The translations under genes and the position numbers were made by a program. Shown one piece after another: positions 26,202 through 39,155 of a stretch of 64,000 nt of DNA; the stretch's first letter is position 1, and each line of letters begins with the position of its first letter. The stretch is taken from the NCBI GenBank assembly GCA_030390025.1, contig CM059427.1, positions 65,968,001 to 66,032,000 of the forward strand, written 5' to 3'. Under the pieces are notes generated by a model. It had not been told where the DNA came from, did no database searches, and worked only from the letters and a program-made list of their open reading frames with translations. This DNA comes from Squalus acanthias. Taxonomy: Eukaryota.

Positions 26202-26626
26202 AGTGTCAGCTGTGGCTCAGTTGGTAGCACACTCGCCTCCAGGGACTTGAGCACATAAAGCTAGGCTGACGCTCCAGTGCAGTGCTGAGGGAGCGCTGCA
26301 CTGTCGGAGGTGCCGTCTTTCGGCTGAGACGTTAAACCGAGGCCCTGTCTGCTCTCAGGTGGACGTAAAAGATCCCATAGCACTATTTCAAAGAAGAGAA
26401 AGGGGAGTTATCCCTGGTGTCCTGGCCAATAGTTATTCCTCAACCAACATAACAAAAGCAGATTATCTGGTCATTATCACATTGCTGTTTGTGGGAGCTT
26501 GCTGTGTGCAAATTGGCTGCCGCGTTTCAACAGTGACTCCACTTCCAAAGTACTTCATTGGCTGTAAAGCGCTTTGAGACATCCGGTGGTCATGAAAACT
26601 GCTATATAAATGCAAGTCTTTCTTTA
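26202..26626 (+). repeat. tRNA-headed DeuSINE (SacSINE1/AmnSINE1-related)
   Basis: A-box TGGCTCAGTTGG. Deu domain GGAGGTGCCGTCTTTCGG...GTAAAAGATCCCAT...GGTGTCCTGGCCAA. Tail GCTATATAAATGCAAGTCTTTCTTT. Confidence 0.85.
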
Positions 26627-27654
26627 ATGTCGGTTTACTTTAAGTTAAATGCGTTCTTGCTGCAGGACTAGCTACAGTACCAATCGGTAAATTATATGCA
26701 AGTAAAATCTGATGAACTATTTGTAGAAGATTATTAGAGGAAGATATCTATTTATTGATATTTAGAATGAAATCATAAATGTGTCCATGAAGAATGTACA
26801 GACAATCTTGCAATAAATTAACAAAGATTCCTTGTGTCCAGGCTGAAAAAGGAAGACATTTTACCAAAATAAAATTATCTTTGATAGATTTAAATTGGAA
26901 TTCAAGCTCTGCAAGTCACCCTACAATACTGAAGTGTGTCAGCTACAGTCTGTAAACAAACTGCAGGCTAAATGTTGTTTTGCACTCACTGGAGAATCTA
27001 GGAGAACATATGTTGAAGTCATGCCTTATCCTTATCATTTTGAGATTCCCGAAAAATATAGCTGAGATTAGGTTGAGGTTACTGCCAATGTTCCCTCCAA
27101 TTTTTATTTTAGGTGCGCGGTCCCTTTAAATTTGCTGTGCAGTGCTGTGCAGCCTCTTTTCCAGCATTGCAGCTGGTGAGCGGCCTGCACAGGATCGCAA
27201 GGTGCCATTGAATTTCCAAATGAAGGCAGCTCATGTCCTTACAGTCTTGATCATCATTGAACACCACGGTAGATCCATTGTAAATGCACCGAGTGACAGA
27301 TCACACTAGAACTGTAGCATCAGTGCACAGCAGTTTACTGACACTGCAAATTGTATAAATGCAGACTGAATCCAGAGTCGGGTCCTGACCCGACCAGAGC
27401 AACACTTCATGGAGGAGAAAATTGCACTCCACATGGTCAATTCAGGCATTAACACCTGATTTATACCACACACGTTTGACATTGGGGCAAAGCCAAAGTT
27501 TGAGAGGTTTTGGGGATTTCCTTTCTCGATGCCCACTTCCTTAATTGGCTCTACTGGTGCAAAGATTTGTTTTCTCTATCTCTTAAAACCTTTTTAGATT
27601 TATGATTTTTACTTTCGTAAACTTGTTATATTTCCATTAATACTTCAGTTTACA

Positions 27655-28092
27655 AAGAAAGCGCTTGGCATTCATATAGCGCTGAATGTCCCAAAGCGCT
27701 CTACAGCCAATTAAGTAATTTTGAAGTGCAGTCACTGTTGTAATATAGGGAAATGCAGCAACCAATTTGCACACAGCAAGGTCCCACAAACAGCAGTGTG
27801 ATAATGATAACAATTTGTTTTAGTAATGTTGGTTGAGGGATAAATATTGGCCAGGACACCAGTGACCACTCTCCTCTTCGAAATACTGCCATAAAAATCT
27901 TTTATGTCTACCTGAGAGGACAGACAGGGTTTCGGTTTAATGTCTCATCTGAAATTCAGCAGCACTTAGTAAAAAGAAAGTACTGCAGTACTGCACTGGA
28001 GTGTCAGCCTAGATCTTGTGCTCAAGTCTCTGGGGTGGGATTTGAACCGTCTGACTCGGAGACCAGAATGCCATCACTGAGCCACGGCTGAG
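27655..28092 (-). repeat. DeuSINE, full length, inverted relative to the 26202 copy
   Basis: Reverse complement of the same Deu domain, with B-box (GGATTTGAACC) and A-box at ~28040-28090. Confidence 0.8.
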
Positions 28093-29339
28093 TATTCTAA
28101 GTACAAGCTTCAGAGCACTGATTTTTTGTATCAGTAAAGTCTGTTGCTAGATTTTAAAAGCATGCAGACATCCAGTCTGTCTAGAAATGGAGCCATTTGT
28201 TTATGGCATTGCTGATTCTCGGAGCCATAATAACTTTTGATTTAAAAACGTAGCACTACTGACAATTGTCATTGCAAAAGCCAGCTCATCAGCCTAAGTT
28301 CTTGTATGGAATTTATAACTGGACTGGATTTTAAAATGGCTGTGCACATTCTCCAGAGTGAAAGGATTGGATATGCTCACCATATCCATCAATAATAAAT
28401 TCAGTAAACTGTTCATCTTTGATTTTGGTTTTAAAAGCATATTTGCTTACTGATATCCCAGGTAATTAGTGTATTTGGAAGGTAGAGCCAACGTGACCCA
28501 AGAGAAAGGGCATTACTGTCAATTTTGACCAGAAGGATTGCACTAACCTATGACAGTACTTCACTGGTTTATTTACCATAGTATGTATATGAGAGACAGT
28601 ATTAACTTGTAAATAATGTAAAATTGTATTACACCTGTTTTTTTCTTTGATGCTTTTACTATTTTAATTTTCTAACCCTTTTAATTTTTATTATCTTGCT
28701 TTCCTTGTTTGGTTGTCTTTCCTTTTACTCTTATTTACCTTCCTTACTCCTTCACCTTTTAATTATTTCCTATTTATCCCATTCAATTTCTTACTTCAAT
28801 AATTCTTTGTTTTACTTTTTTCTCTAACCAAATATAAAATGGGTACAGCCCGTTGAGATGATCTGAATAGAGAACAGTCAAAAGGAAGGAAATAATCATT
28901 CATGTGAGGTGGCGTGATTACAATTGTGGAGTTTTCTGTTGGCAGGCAGAACAAATTATGTTCTGTTAACAATTCTCTAACACATTGGACCATATTTCTT
29001 TCAGGAACTTAAGATTTTTAAAAAATGGTAAAAAGGAAAGATCTCTGTGACTTAAATAGTGTAAATAAAATAATTGTATTTTTTCCCAATATTTAAATCT
29101 CTTTGAAAGATCTTTGCTTTCAAATTATGGGCTTTGTCCCACACAATCAGTTTTTAAAAAAAAAAACGTTTTTAACAATAAACAATGCAATTTAATTATT
29201 TGCTTTATTCTTGAGAAAAGAGAAAAGTCTAATCTTTAAGTACTTTAGATTGTTCAAGAATTATTGCTGTATTCTTGTTACTGTTGATGTAATATCTGAA
29301 TTGTGGCTGCTTACCCATAATAATATGTGACTCACTCCT

Positions 29340-29690
29340 TTTTATTTCTTCCCGCTCTCCCCATCCCCTGGGAGTACTAACTAGTGACTCGTGATATAGC
29401 AACCCTCCCACATGCTCATGTGGCCATTCTTCATGTATCAGCTTGGATAGTGAGCTTAGTCGACTGTAGGGGCATCACAGCTGGACCCTATCAAATCCAA
29501 ACGCTCCGGCCATGGTCATTTGTTTGCGATTCGGATAATTATTTTTCCCTTCCTCCACTCCGACATTGGGTCCAGTTGCAGTGCCCCCTCTAATACCTTT
29601 GCTGAGGTCAGCTAATTCAGCACAGACCAGGGATAAACTTGGAACTATTCCGATCTATTGCCAATGCATTTGCCCACAAAGCTACTGGGT
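29340..29690 (-). repeat. AmnSINE2-like SINE
   Basis: GTGGCCATTCTTCATGT...GGCATCACAGC...CAGCTAATTCAGCACAGACCAGGG, reverse of the 53920 copy. Confidence 0.6.
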
Positions 29691-31437
29691 GACCTCACAT
29701 TCAATTTCTGTTCCATTCTGCAATGCTAAAAGGAACCTATTTTTTAAAAAAAAAACTTGTTCAGTATTTAGGTATCATGTTTGAAAAAGTGGAGAATTGT
29801 GCAAATGATTGTCCAGTACAAATCTGTAGATATAATGCAGTGCAAAAATAATGGTTGGATTCCTCACTGCCTCCTCGCGTGGTTCTCTGCATCGATTCCA
29901 TTACTGCTTTATTGTTCGAGTTTCATTTTTAATGGCGATGTAATAGTGTTTGTTTTCCAATCGATATTCTTGCCGTACGGTTTTGATGCAGGGATGGAAG
30001 TGCTTTTTTTTCCCCTGTAATATTTGATGCAAACTGCTATCCGGGAGCTGTAGCTTCACTGCGGATTTAACTTTTTTAGTATCAAAGGGATGCCTTGTCT
30101 CATCGTCCGTGTGAGATGAGATTGGTGTTTATAGTGATAGGTGTAGACTGAGATGATCAAGAACTCCATGGGACACAATAATTCCTCTGCCTTTTGAGAC
30201 AGAGAGGACATTTTGGATGCCAGCAGGTCAGAGCTGAACAGCCGAGATAGGAGGATGGATAGGTATTCTGGGGGTTTTCTTGATTAGCTTGGAGTTAAGT
30301 TTATATTTAACGTACCTTTTCTTCAGAAAATCAAATATGTAGAGTAGAGAGTTGATTCCAAATGATCTGAGAAAGGAGTGCGTTTGATGGGCTGAATGAT
30401 CTTTCATCAGTTTATGCATTTTTTTGCAAGTTGTGTTTTTCAAGTTTGTTTTTGGAATGAAGATTCGGTTGATAGTTAAACTATTATTTCATGTTCTGAA
30501 TCCAGATTTTACGGTGTTACAGGGGAGTCCTATTCAAAAATGGAGAGTTGATTGCTCTTAAACCCATTAGCCCTCTTCCAAGTTTCTGAACCATGTGTCA
30601 CTGGGAAACTAAGCTTGTAATGATGCATTTTTCCCCTCGCCACTGGGGGAACCATTGCTGCTGTTTCCTGCATTTTGAAATGCACCGATTTATTAAGATA
30701 CCACCGATCATTTTAAAAATATGCTTTTTTAAATAAAATAAATTAAAGGTTGTGTGTGCCTTTTATGATGTAAAGAAGGTTCTTGACAGTAGATTGAAAA
30801 TGCATCTCCTGTGTTATCTACTATTGGTACTGGTGTTTAGATCCCTGCTGTAACTCCTTGGTGCATAATAAGGGTGTCTGGTCAAGTGTATGTTGAAAGA
30901 AATAGCACTTGTCTGTCTTAATTCACAAACATCATTCCATAAAAATCTTCTGAAATAGTGAAGAAGTAAAAAGTAGTCTGTACAAGATGCTGCTTACAAG
31001 CATGCAGCTCTTTAATATTGAGGTCAGAAGAGTTTAGAATAGATAATGAAGCCGACATTTTATTTGCCAAGGAAATTGATGACAGCTGTTCAAGCAGTCT
31101 TGCTAAAGCCTCCCATGAGATGCTAGAGGCAGAGTCTAGCAGTAGGGATTGTCTTTTTCTTCCCCTTTCCTTCTGATAGGTCTTTGCCATTAAAGACTTA
31201 AAAACTAAGTTACAATACCTTTCTACCTTTAAACTTGCAGCCATCCTGAACGTTGTTCTGTTTGGACTCGGTGCACATACCAGTGATGAATATGTTGGGG
31301 TCTATCTGTTATAATGCTCAGCGGACAGTGTGTGCTTAGTCCCATAGCACGTGAGAGCATGATTGATCATTGTCTGGATTGATTGCAAATAGAATCTGTT
31401 GAAGCAGAGGTGGTGACTGCGATTGTTAAAGCGAGGG

Positions 31438-31474
31438 ATGATGAGAAGACTAATCTGCAAAAAAATGTGTCCTT
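31438..31474 (+). CDS. CLASP1: Alternative first coding exon of a CLASP beta-type isoform (MMRRLICKKMCP-Y)
   Basis: ATG ATG AGA AGA CTA ATC TGC AAA AAA ATG TGT CCT T then perfect donor GTAAGT. Phase 1 joins exon 31757 to give Y-KNFDEDDSVDG. Matches the recalled CLASP2-beta N-terminus MRRLICKRICDYKSFD. Confidence 0.8.
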
Positions 31475-31756
31475 GTAAGTGAATGCTCAGTATTGTGAAC
31501 AGCAGAAATTGCAATGTTTTAAAGAGAATAGAATGTGTGATGGAGAAAAGCTCAGAATTTTGCAGTCTTCTCTGCTGATGTGTTTCAGATGTCATTTTGA
31601 AAAGAAATGGGGGTCACCAGATAATCGAGTAGTGGTGTGTAATGTTGAAATTGGCTCCATTAATTAGCACCTAGGGATAGGTGATAGCTTTATAATGAAG
31701 CATATTCTAGAACGCTGATTGAGGAAATGTTCTTAATATTTTTCCTTTTTATCTAG

Positions 31757-31909
31757 ATAAAAATTTTGATGAAGATGATTCTGTGGATGGAAACAGGCCG
31801 TCTTCTGCCAGCTCCACATCCTCAAAAGCTCCCAGTTCACGGCGTCCTGTCGGTGTTGGTACCAGTCGTAGACCAGGTTCGTCTGCGGTTGGCTCGAAGA
31901 GTTCATCAG
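31757..31909 (+). CDS. CLASP1: CLIP-associating protein 1 exon (DKNFDEDDSVDGNRPSSASSTSSKAPSSRRPVGVG...SKSSS)
   Basis: Polypyrimidine-TAG acceptor, GTGATA donor, phase 1-1. Near identical to human CLASP1 DKNFDDEDSVDGNRPSSASSTSSKAP. Confidence 0.93.
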
Positions 31910-32837
31910 GTGATAAATACATCCAGTGTCTGATTTGCTATATGTTTCTACATAATTTGCCCTGTGACCACCTTTTCAAACATAGAAATAGATAGAAGTT
32001 GGAACAGAAAAACAGGCCATTCCTCTCAATCAGTCCATGCGATCACATAGTTCTAATCACATTTACTTACCTTATTCCCATATTCTTTATCTTGTTTTCC
32101 ATCATCCACCTGTGGATGGTATTTCTATACATCAGGGATTTCTGGTCAGTCGTGACAGTTGAAAAAAATTTAAATTTTCCTTTTACACAGAATTCGTGCA
32201 TTTGCGCAAACCATTTTGTTCTACCAATTTTTCCACATAGAACAGATTTGCAAGAAACTTGATCCATTTTTAACCTGCCCCCTCCCCTCCCAAAAGGGGT
32301 CATATCCCACTTCTTGCCCTTAAAGGGGAGTGAAAATTCTGAATGTTTGCTCTCCTTGATGATGCTGATATTTTGTCATTTTGATATACTATGCAGCAGA
32401 TGCTGGCCTTTCAGAAGCGGGTAATACTTCTGGAATGCTGTAGACTGGAAGCATTGATCTGTTTTTTAAATGTGACTAGTTTTTCATCAGATGTCAGATA
32501 CTCTTCAAATTTCTGATGAAGCGTAAAAAGTTAAAGATGCTATCAGTAGACATCTTTGTAAAATTTGTCTCATTAACCTTTAAAAAGTGACCTTTATCTG
32601 AAAATTAAATAGCATAGGAGTTAATGCTAGTGAATTATATATTCTTTTTGGCTTGATAAATACTGTCATGTATAATCCTTCACTCCTATAGGCAAATACA
32701 AGTACATTATTTATCATTGTGTTTGAAATTAACATTGCAGATTAATTGTATGTAAAAACCTATGTAAAGAAAAGCTTGCATGTACGTAGCCTCAATTGTA
32801 TCTTCAAAACAATCAATAGAGTACTGGAAATGTAGAA

Positions 32838-33520
32838 AGAACATAAGAAATAGGAGCAGGAGTAGGCCATTTGGCCCCTCGATTTAATGAGATCATAGCT
32901 GATCTGATCTTGGGCTCCACTCCATTTCCCTGCCTGCTCGCCATAACCCATCACTCCCTTATTGTTCAAAAATCTGTCTATCTCCACCTTAAATATATTT
33001 AATGACCCAGCCTCCACAGCTCTCTGGGGCACAGAATTCCACAGATTTACGACCCTCAGAGGAGAAATTCCTCCTCCATCTCAGTTTTAAATGGGCGACC
33101 CCTTATTCTGAAACTATTCCTCCATGAGGCGAAACTTCTTCTCTGCATCTACCTTGTCGAGCCCCCTCGGTATCTTATGTTTCAATAAGATCACCTCTCA
33201 TTCTTCTAAACTCCAATGATTATAGGCCCAACCTGCTCAACCTTTCTTCATAAATCAACCCCTTCATCTCAGGAATCAACCTCGTGAACCTTCTCTGAAC
33301 TGCCTCCAATGCAAGTGTATCCCTCCTTAAATAAGGAGACCAAAACTGTACGCAGTACTCCAGGTGTGGTCTCACCAATACCCTGTACAGTTGTAGCAGG
33401 ACTTCCCTGCTTTTATACTCCAACCCCTTGCAATAAAGGCCAACATTCCATTTTCCTTCCTGATTACTTGCTGTACCTGCATGCTAACTTTTTGTGTTTC
33501 ATGCACAAGGACCCCCAGTG
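32838..33520 (-). mobile_element. CR1 LINE 3' fragment
   Basis: [19 protein letters not shown] motif and CR1 3' UTR. Confidence 0.85.
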
Positions 33521-33999
33521 ACTGTTATGTAAGCAAATATGTCACCTATTTTGCATATAGCAATGTGATGAATAACCAGTTGAGAGGTCTGTTGCCCAGG
33601 ATTCGTGAGATCCCTCTGCTTTTCTTTGAATAGTCATGGGATAGTTAATATTTCTGAACCACCACAACAGGCAGACAATTACTTAGTTTAATGTTTCAGT
33701 TGAAAAAAGCCACCTTTGACCTCTCAGTACTACACTGAAGTTTCTGATTAGATTGAGTTCAAACTGCTTGTATGGATCTACTGGAAACTTGGTGTGCACC
33801 TCAAGATATATGAGTCAATCTTTTCTTTTCAGCCTATGTTCAAAAGATGTGGGTGTAGATTGGGAACAGCTAAGGCGTGGAGCCCTCTAAGTCTGCGAAA
33901 GGGTCGTGCTGGAGTTTAACTGGTTAAAGGCATGAGGTTTATCAGCACAGAGCTTCCAATTATTTGTCCAGCTAAGGCCACACTACTCATTAGTGTATT

Positions 34000-34140
34000 T
34001 AAACAAAAGCAAAATACTGCAGATGCTGGAAATCTGAAATAAAAACATAGAAGTGCTGGAAACACTCGGGTCAGGCAGCATCTGTGGAGAGAGAAACAGA
34101 GTTAACATTTTAGGTTAGTGACCTTTCATTTGAACTTGGA
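34000..34140. repeat. Short Penelope-derived repeat, decayed
   Basis: AAATACTGCAGATGCTGGAAATCTGAAATAAAAACA...GCAGCATCTGTGGAGAGAGAAACAGAGTTAAC, a pattern recalled from fish Penelope termini. Confidence 0.45.
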
Positions 34141-34589
34141 AATCTGAAATAAAAAGTTTTATACACCATACCCTAATAAAAATGAGTGTATTTGCTTGTA
34201 GGGATCAGCTACCAGAACACAGACCAGGATCTAACTTGAGATCTTGCTGATTTGTAATAATCAGTTACTCGCCGCCTTGAAGAGCTGAGCCCTGGCGGAG
34301 GGGGGAGTTCTTGTATAATCTAGAACTTCCTGGTGGCTATGTAATCGTTGGTCAGCTGGAGTGTTGGGCTGTAACGGTTAAAGTATAGCTCATTAGTTTA
34401 TTTTTCCCCAATTCATTATCCTTAATGCATGCATTTGGTTGGTGGAACTGCCTAACCAGCAGAGTCACCAGCTATTGGAATGAGTCTTCGCTCTTTTATT
34501 CATTCATTTTAGGAAATCCCAGTCTCCAATAGAAAAATCATTTGGCTTGAAAGATTTGAAGAGAATGGAATGCCATGTTTAGAACACCA

Positions 34590-34990
34590 ATCTTTTCACT
34601 CCCCTTTTTCCCACATTTACACCCTTTATCCCCATTTCCCTGAAGATAACTTATGCGGGGGTGTGATTGCATACGTACCGACAGGCCTCACTTAAGTGGC
34701 CATTTATAAAGTGGCCTAGGTGATGAGCACTAGCAGGTTATTCACCATGCAGGGATATCACAGCTGAGTTCAGTTCTTCCCTCACCCAATATCAAGACAC
34801 TTGTATTTTCGAACAGCAGTCCTTGGATACCAGTCAGGAGGAGAGGACCCTTGTTAAATTTTTCAATTCTTGGTCTGGAATACTGAGGTCAATAATCCTC
34901 CATCACTGCACTAGCTGAGGTCAGTTAAGTGAGCAAAGACCAGGGATTCTGTTCTGTGAAACTTTGGACCACACCAGATGACTAAATTAC
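34590..34990 (-). repeat. AmnSINE2-like SINE
   Basis: AAGTGGCCATTT...ATCACAGCTGAG...CTCACCC...GAGCAAAGACCAGGG, similar to the 29340 copy. Confidence 0.5.
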
Positions 34991-35549
34991 TCATCCCAGA
35001 CCAGAAACTAACTTTAACAATGCACAGCAATTATTCTCTTCGAATAATAGGATTTTGGGCGGCTAATGTTTGCATAAGTCATTAGAAAACCTCCTTCCAA
35101 GTATATTATAGAATGGTTACAACTTTTTCAAGTGCTTTTGATTACTGAAGCAGTAAATCCACTCCCTGAAATTGAACTTGTGCTGCAGCTGATAAGACTG
35201 CTTATTCTGGAGTGCTTACACAGTATTTTCAGATTACTCACACATGTGATTTTCCCACAATATCCCATGGTTACTGTGTTGAGAGATTCTGATGTCTCTT
35301 AACAAATAATGACACATGTCAAATCTGGAGCATTTTTTCATATAGCAGAGGCTAAGTCCAATGAAATTTGCTCTGTCACCTACTTGAAAACGAATTTCAG
35401 ATTAGAGTTGTGGATCAATTTTTTTTTTTGCTCTGGTCTGGACTTAACAATGCAGCAAATGGTAAATCGACCAGTTATGAACTTTGCCCTGTTATTTGTG
35501 GAAGGAAAACACTGTGACTCAGTTTCATTGAAGGCCCATGAGTGTGAAT

Positions 35550-37140
35550 AAAAGCAGTTTATTCTTGCACAGAATCTACAGCATGGAAACCGGCTGTTCA
35601 GTCCTACTGGTGTATGTCTGTTTTTATACTCCAATTGAACCTCCTCCCACTCCAATGACCTCTTCTCACCCTTTCCCTGTGTTCCTCCATCCCCCTTAAA
35701 TGCATTATGCTATCTGCTTCAACCACTCCATGTCGCAGCGAGTTCCATATTCGCACCACTCTTATGTAAAGAAATTCCTCCTAAATTTTTTATTTGTTAG
35801 TGGATATCTAATATTTATGCACATTTGTTCTTGACTCACCCACAAGTGCAACATGGGAACAGGAGTAGTCCTTTCAGTCTCTTGAACTTGTTCCACCATT
35901 CATTTAGATGGTGGCTGATCTGTACCTCACTCCATTTACCCATTTTTGCTCCATATCCCTTGATGCCCTTACCTACCAAAAATCTAGTGATCCCAGTCTT
36001 GAAAGTTTCAATTGACCCAGCATCCACAGCATTTTGGGGGAAGACCGTTCTAGATTTCTACTGACCTTTTGTGTGAAGAAATGTTTCCTGATTTCACTCC
36101 TGAATGACCTGGCTCTAATTTTAAAATTACGTATCCTTGCTCTGGATTTCTCCACCAGAGGAAATGGTTTCTCCACATCTACCTAAATTGAATCCTTTTC
36201 ATCATTTTAAATACCTCGATTAGATCATCCCACAGTCTTCTATATGCAAGGGAATACAAACTAAAGTTTTCCTCCACATCTGTACCAGGTTTGTCTAGTG
36301 TCTTCCTTCTTGTCTCCCTCCCTTCCTCCCCCTCTCCTTCCCTGCCTCCTGCAATATCCCTCCCTCCCTCCCTCCTGTAATATCCCTCCCTCCCTCCTGT
36401 AATATCCCTCCCTCCCTCACACTCCTGCAGTATCCCTCTTGACTTTTTCTACTGTTGTCATTTCCTATTTGTTTGCCTCAGTTTTTGAGGCGAAGTATCT
36501 AATCAATATCCCTGTCATTTTGTTATCCTCTCCTGTGAGCTTCATATTGCTCTTCACTTAATGGCCCTATCCCTATTGTAATTCTCCTTTGTTACTTATC
36601 TGCCTATAGAATTGTTTACTATTTCTTTTAATATTCTTTGATAATTTCATTTCATATTTCCTCTTTGCCATCCTAATTGTCTTTTTAACCTCTTTCCTAA
36701 GCTTTTCATATTCCCTTTTTGTCATCCTTTCCTATATTGATGATGTGCTTTGTATATGCCTTTTTCTTTATATTCAATTTATCATCACCTCTGTATCCAT
36801 GACATCTCATTATCGGCTAGCTTATTTTTTAGTGGAATGTACTTCTCCTGAACTCTCTTGATCTCCCTTTAACTATTGCCCACTGTTCTACTTCTTTATC
36901 AATATTTTTCTCCAGTTTACTTTCCTTGGCTCCATCCTCATTCCCTCAAAGCTTTTTACCGATCTATTACCTTGGTCTTTGTGCTATCTGTTTCTCTCCC
37001 ATCATTATTTTAAGCTTCCTCCTTTTTTGGTTTCTTACATTTTGGGTCAGTCTTGTACACACTGTAAAACTTCAACCTCCTTCTCCCCTTTCACTCCCTT
37101 TCGATGCCAGTTTATTTCGGGGTAGTTCAAATTGCCCTTG
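35550..37140 (-). mobile_element. Stack of decayed CR1 fragments
   Basis: ORF remnants FTQKV, GKGIKGYG and CR1 3' UTR pieces, followed by pyrimidine-rich decayed ORF2. Confidence 0.6.
36345..36438. repeat. Minisatellite, ~4 copies of CTCCTGTAATATCCCTCCCTCC
   Basis: Directly visible tandem units with a variable number of CCCT. Confidence 0.85.
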
Positions 37141-37189
37141 AATATGATTGTGTATTTTTTTTTACTCCTTTCTATTTTCCTACATAGTG

Positions 37190-37607
37190 TTTGTTTCATT
37201 CTTGGAATGTGGGCGTCGCTGGCAAGGATGGCATTTATTGCTCATCCCTAGTTGCCCTGAGAAGGTAGTGGAACCGCTGCACTCCATGTGGTCTTATTAT
37301 TCTTTGTAGCGGTTTGATACAACTGACAGACTTGCTAGGCTATTTGAGAGGGCAGTTAAGAGTCAACCACGTTGATGTGGAACTGGAGTCAGACCAGATA
37401 AGGACGGCAGGTTTCCTTCCCTAAAGGAAATTGGTGAATCAGTTGGGTTTGTATGACAATCAGATAGCTTCATAAGTCACTATTTTTAATTATACCAGCT
37501 TTTTAAACATTTGTTTGATTTTTAAATGTAATTCAAATTCTCAAACTGTCATGCTCATGCTCTCTGAATTACTAGTCTAGTAACATAAACACTACACTAC
37601 AGTACCC
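37190..37607 (-). repeat. tRNA-headed MetaSINE-like element / internally deleted derivative of the 39156-42367 LINE
   Basis: Same head and body as 42040-42367 (TTTAGGGAAGGAAACCTGCCGTCCTT, TGGTTGACTCTTAACTGCCCTCT) joined to the LINE ORF end and 3' tail. Confidence 0.8.
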
Positions 37608-39155
37608 ATCTAATTTCTCCCATTTCCTTTCTGCTACCTGGTGGTTTGTAGTATACCACTAATCGTGTGACCAATCCCATCCCTTCCTATCCTTTATCTC
37701 AATCTATATGGAATCTGTTTCTATCTCTGTTGTTAGTTACGTCCTTTCTGTTGTGTTGTTTCTGGTCTTGCCCTCTGACATCAGTCTGGTTTTTCAGTTA
37801 GAAGTGGAAAAGAATCTCAGAATTGATATTGTAAGCAGTGACTGCGCAACAAATTTAAAGGGACTGCGCATGGAAAAAAAATTAGAGGAAACTTTGATTG
37901 TGGCCATGCAATATAAAGTAATATTTCCATGGTTTCATAACTATGTTCATTTTAAAACCTTAAATGTTTATATTCAAGTCTCAATGCTAATAGTCACGAA
38001 GTGAGACCTCGGCAAGAAGGTACCATTTTTCTTTGTGTTAGTGCAATTTCTGAACAAAGGAAAACCCAACTGAGGCATCTCACCTGCTTTTGTGGGGGTG
38101 GGGAAACAGCTTGTGAATAGAAGGGTAACACATTACTCAGGGAGCATCTAGGAAAAAATCCATGTAACAGGTGGTTGAATTTTCCTGATGACATTGACAG
38201 TCCTGCAGACTACGATTATTTGGAATGCTGACAGAGCGAGTATATAGTATTCAGAGATTGTTGACAGATGAGCCATACTGGGCATAATGTGCCAGCAAAA
38301 CAGCACGGTGGGGGGAGATAAAATGTGATTCAAGTGTCATGAAGTGTCTTGGTTGTTAATTAGTTTGTAGACATTTTTCGTCCCGTCATTCAGTGTGGGG
38401 TTTAGAGAAATGTTCTCTCCCCCCCCCCCCCCTGCTGGTGTAACCAGCATTTAACAAAAAAAGAGAAGTGCATTAGCTTTTTACTGCTTCATGAAATATG
38501 GTAGAAAGTCCGTGTTTGTTGTACTTACTGTAGTTTCCCCTATTTATAAAAAGAATATGTAGGTGAGGTGTAGGAAAAATAAGCCTGGTATTTTAACATT
38601 TTAATAGACGATACAGTTTTATTTGCTTTTATTGTTGTGGAATGTTTTCAACAAGATTAAGTGACACACATTGGATAATATGAACAATGATGGGAAAAGA
38701 CCTTCTGTTGCATCTAGATTGTCTCACACAACTGCAATGCCTTGTGCAGCACAATATGTACACTCTCCAATCCCACCGGAACGCCATGTAATCTCGTGGG
38801 AAAGGCCAAAAACCCAGGCCAATTAGGGGAAACAAAATCTGGGAAATTCCTCTCTGACCCCCTTCGGCGATCAGAGCTAGTCCAGGAGACCATTCTGGCT
38901 CTGATTCATCTTATACAGTACCTACCTTTTTGTGCAGGGTGATCTCCGCCCCAGCAAGAAACTGGTCCAGCTCTCACTTGGGAGTGTTCAGCGAATCAGC
39001 ATTCACCGCACAAGCATTAGCTATGTTCCATATGGCCACTGTTCTCATAGGGGGAGCGGGGAGGTGGTGGGGAAACCATCTTCTAATACGTAATCTAGCT
39101 TCTGGCCTTGCATACCTTGAGGTTGTGACCCCCAGTCCTCCCAAATTTACTTTTT

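Noticed and set aside
26202-26280. tRNA gene (also 42280-42367, 43568-43630)
   Set aside because: A/B boxes are SINE or LINE heads, with no complete cloverleaf.
30116-30140. Possible further first exon MRLVFIVI with a phase-1 GT
   Set aside because: Weak donor (GTGTAG) and no similarity to a known CLASP N-terminus. Expected by chance.
1-31437. U4atac snRNA (hosted in a CLASP1 intron in mammals) and upstream TOG1 exons
   Set aside because: No match seen by eye to U4atac or to the preceding exon peptide (FTKFDEV). They probably lie upstream of the window.
36345-36438. CRISPR-like repeat-spacer pattern
   Set aside because: The spacers are only variable CCCT runs. It is a eukaryotic minisatellite with no cas genes.
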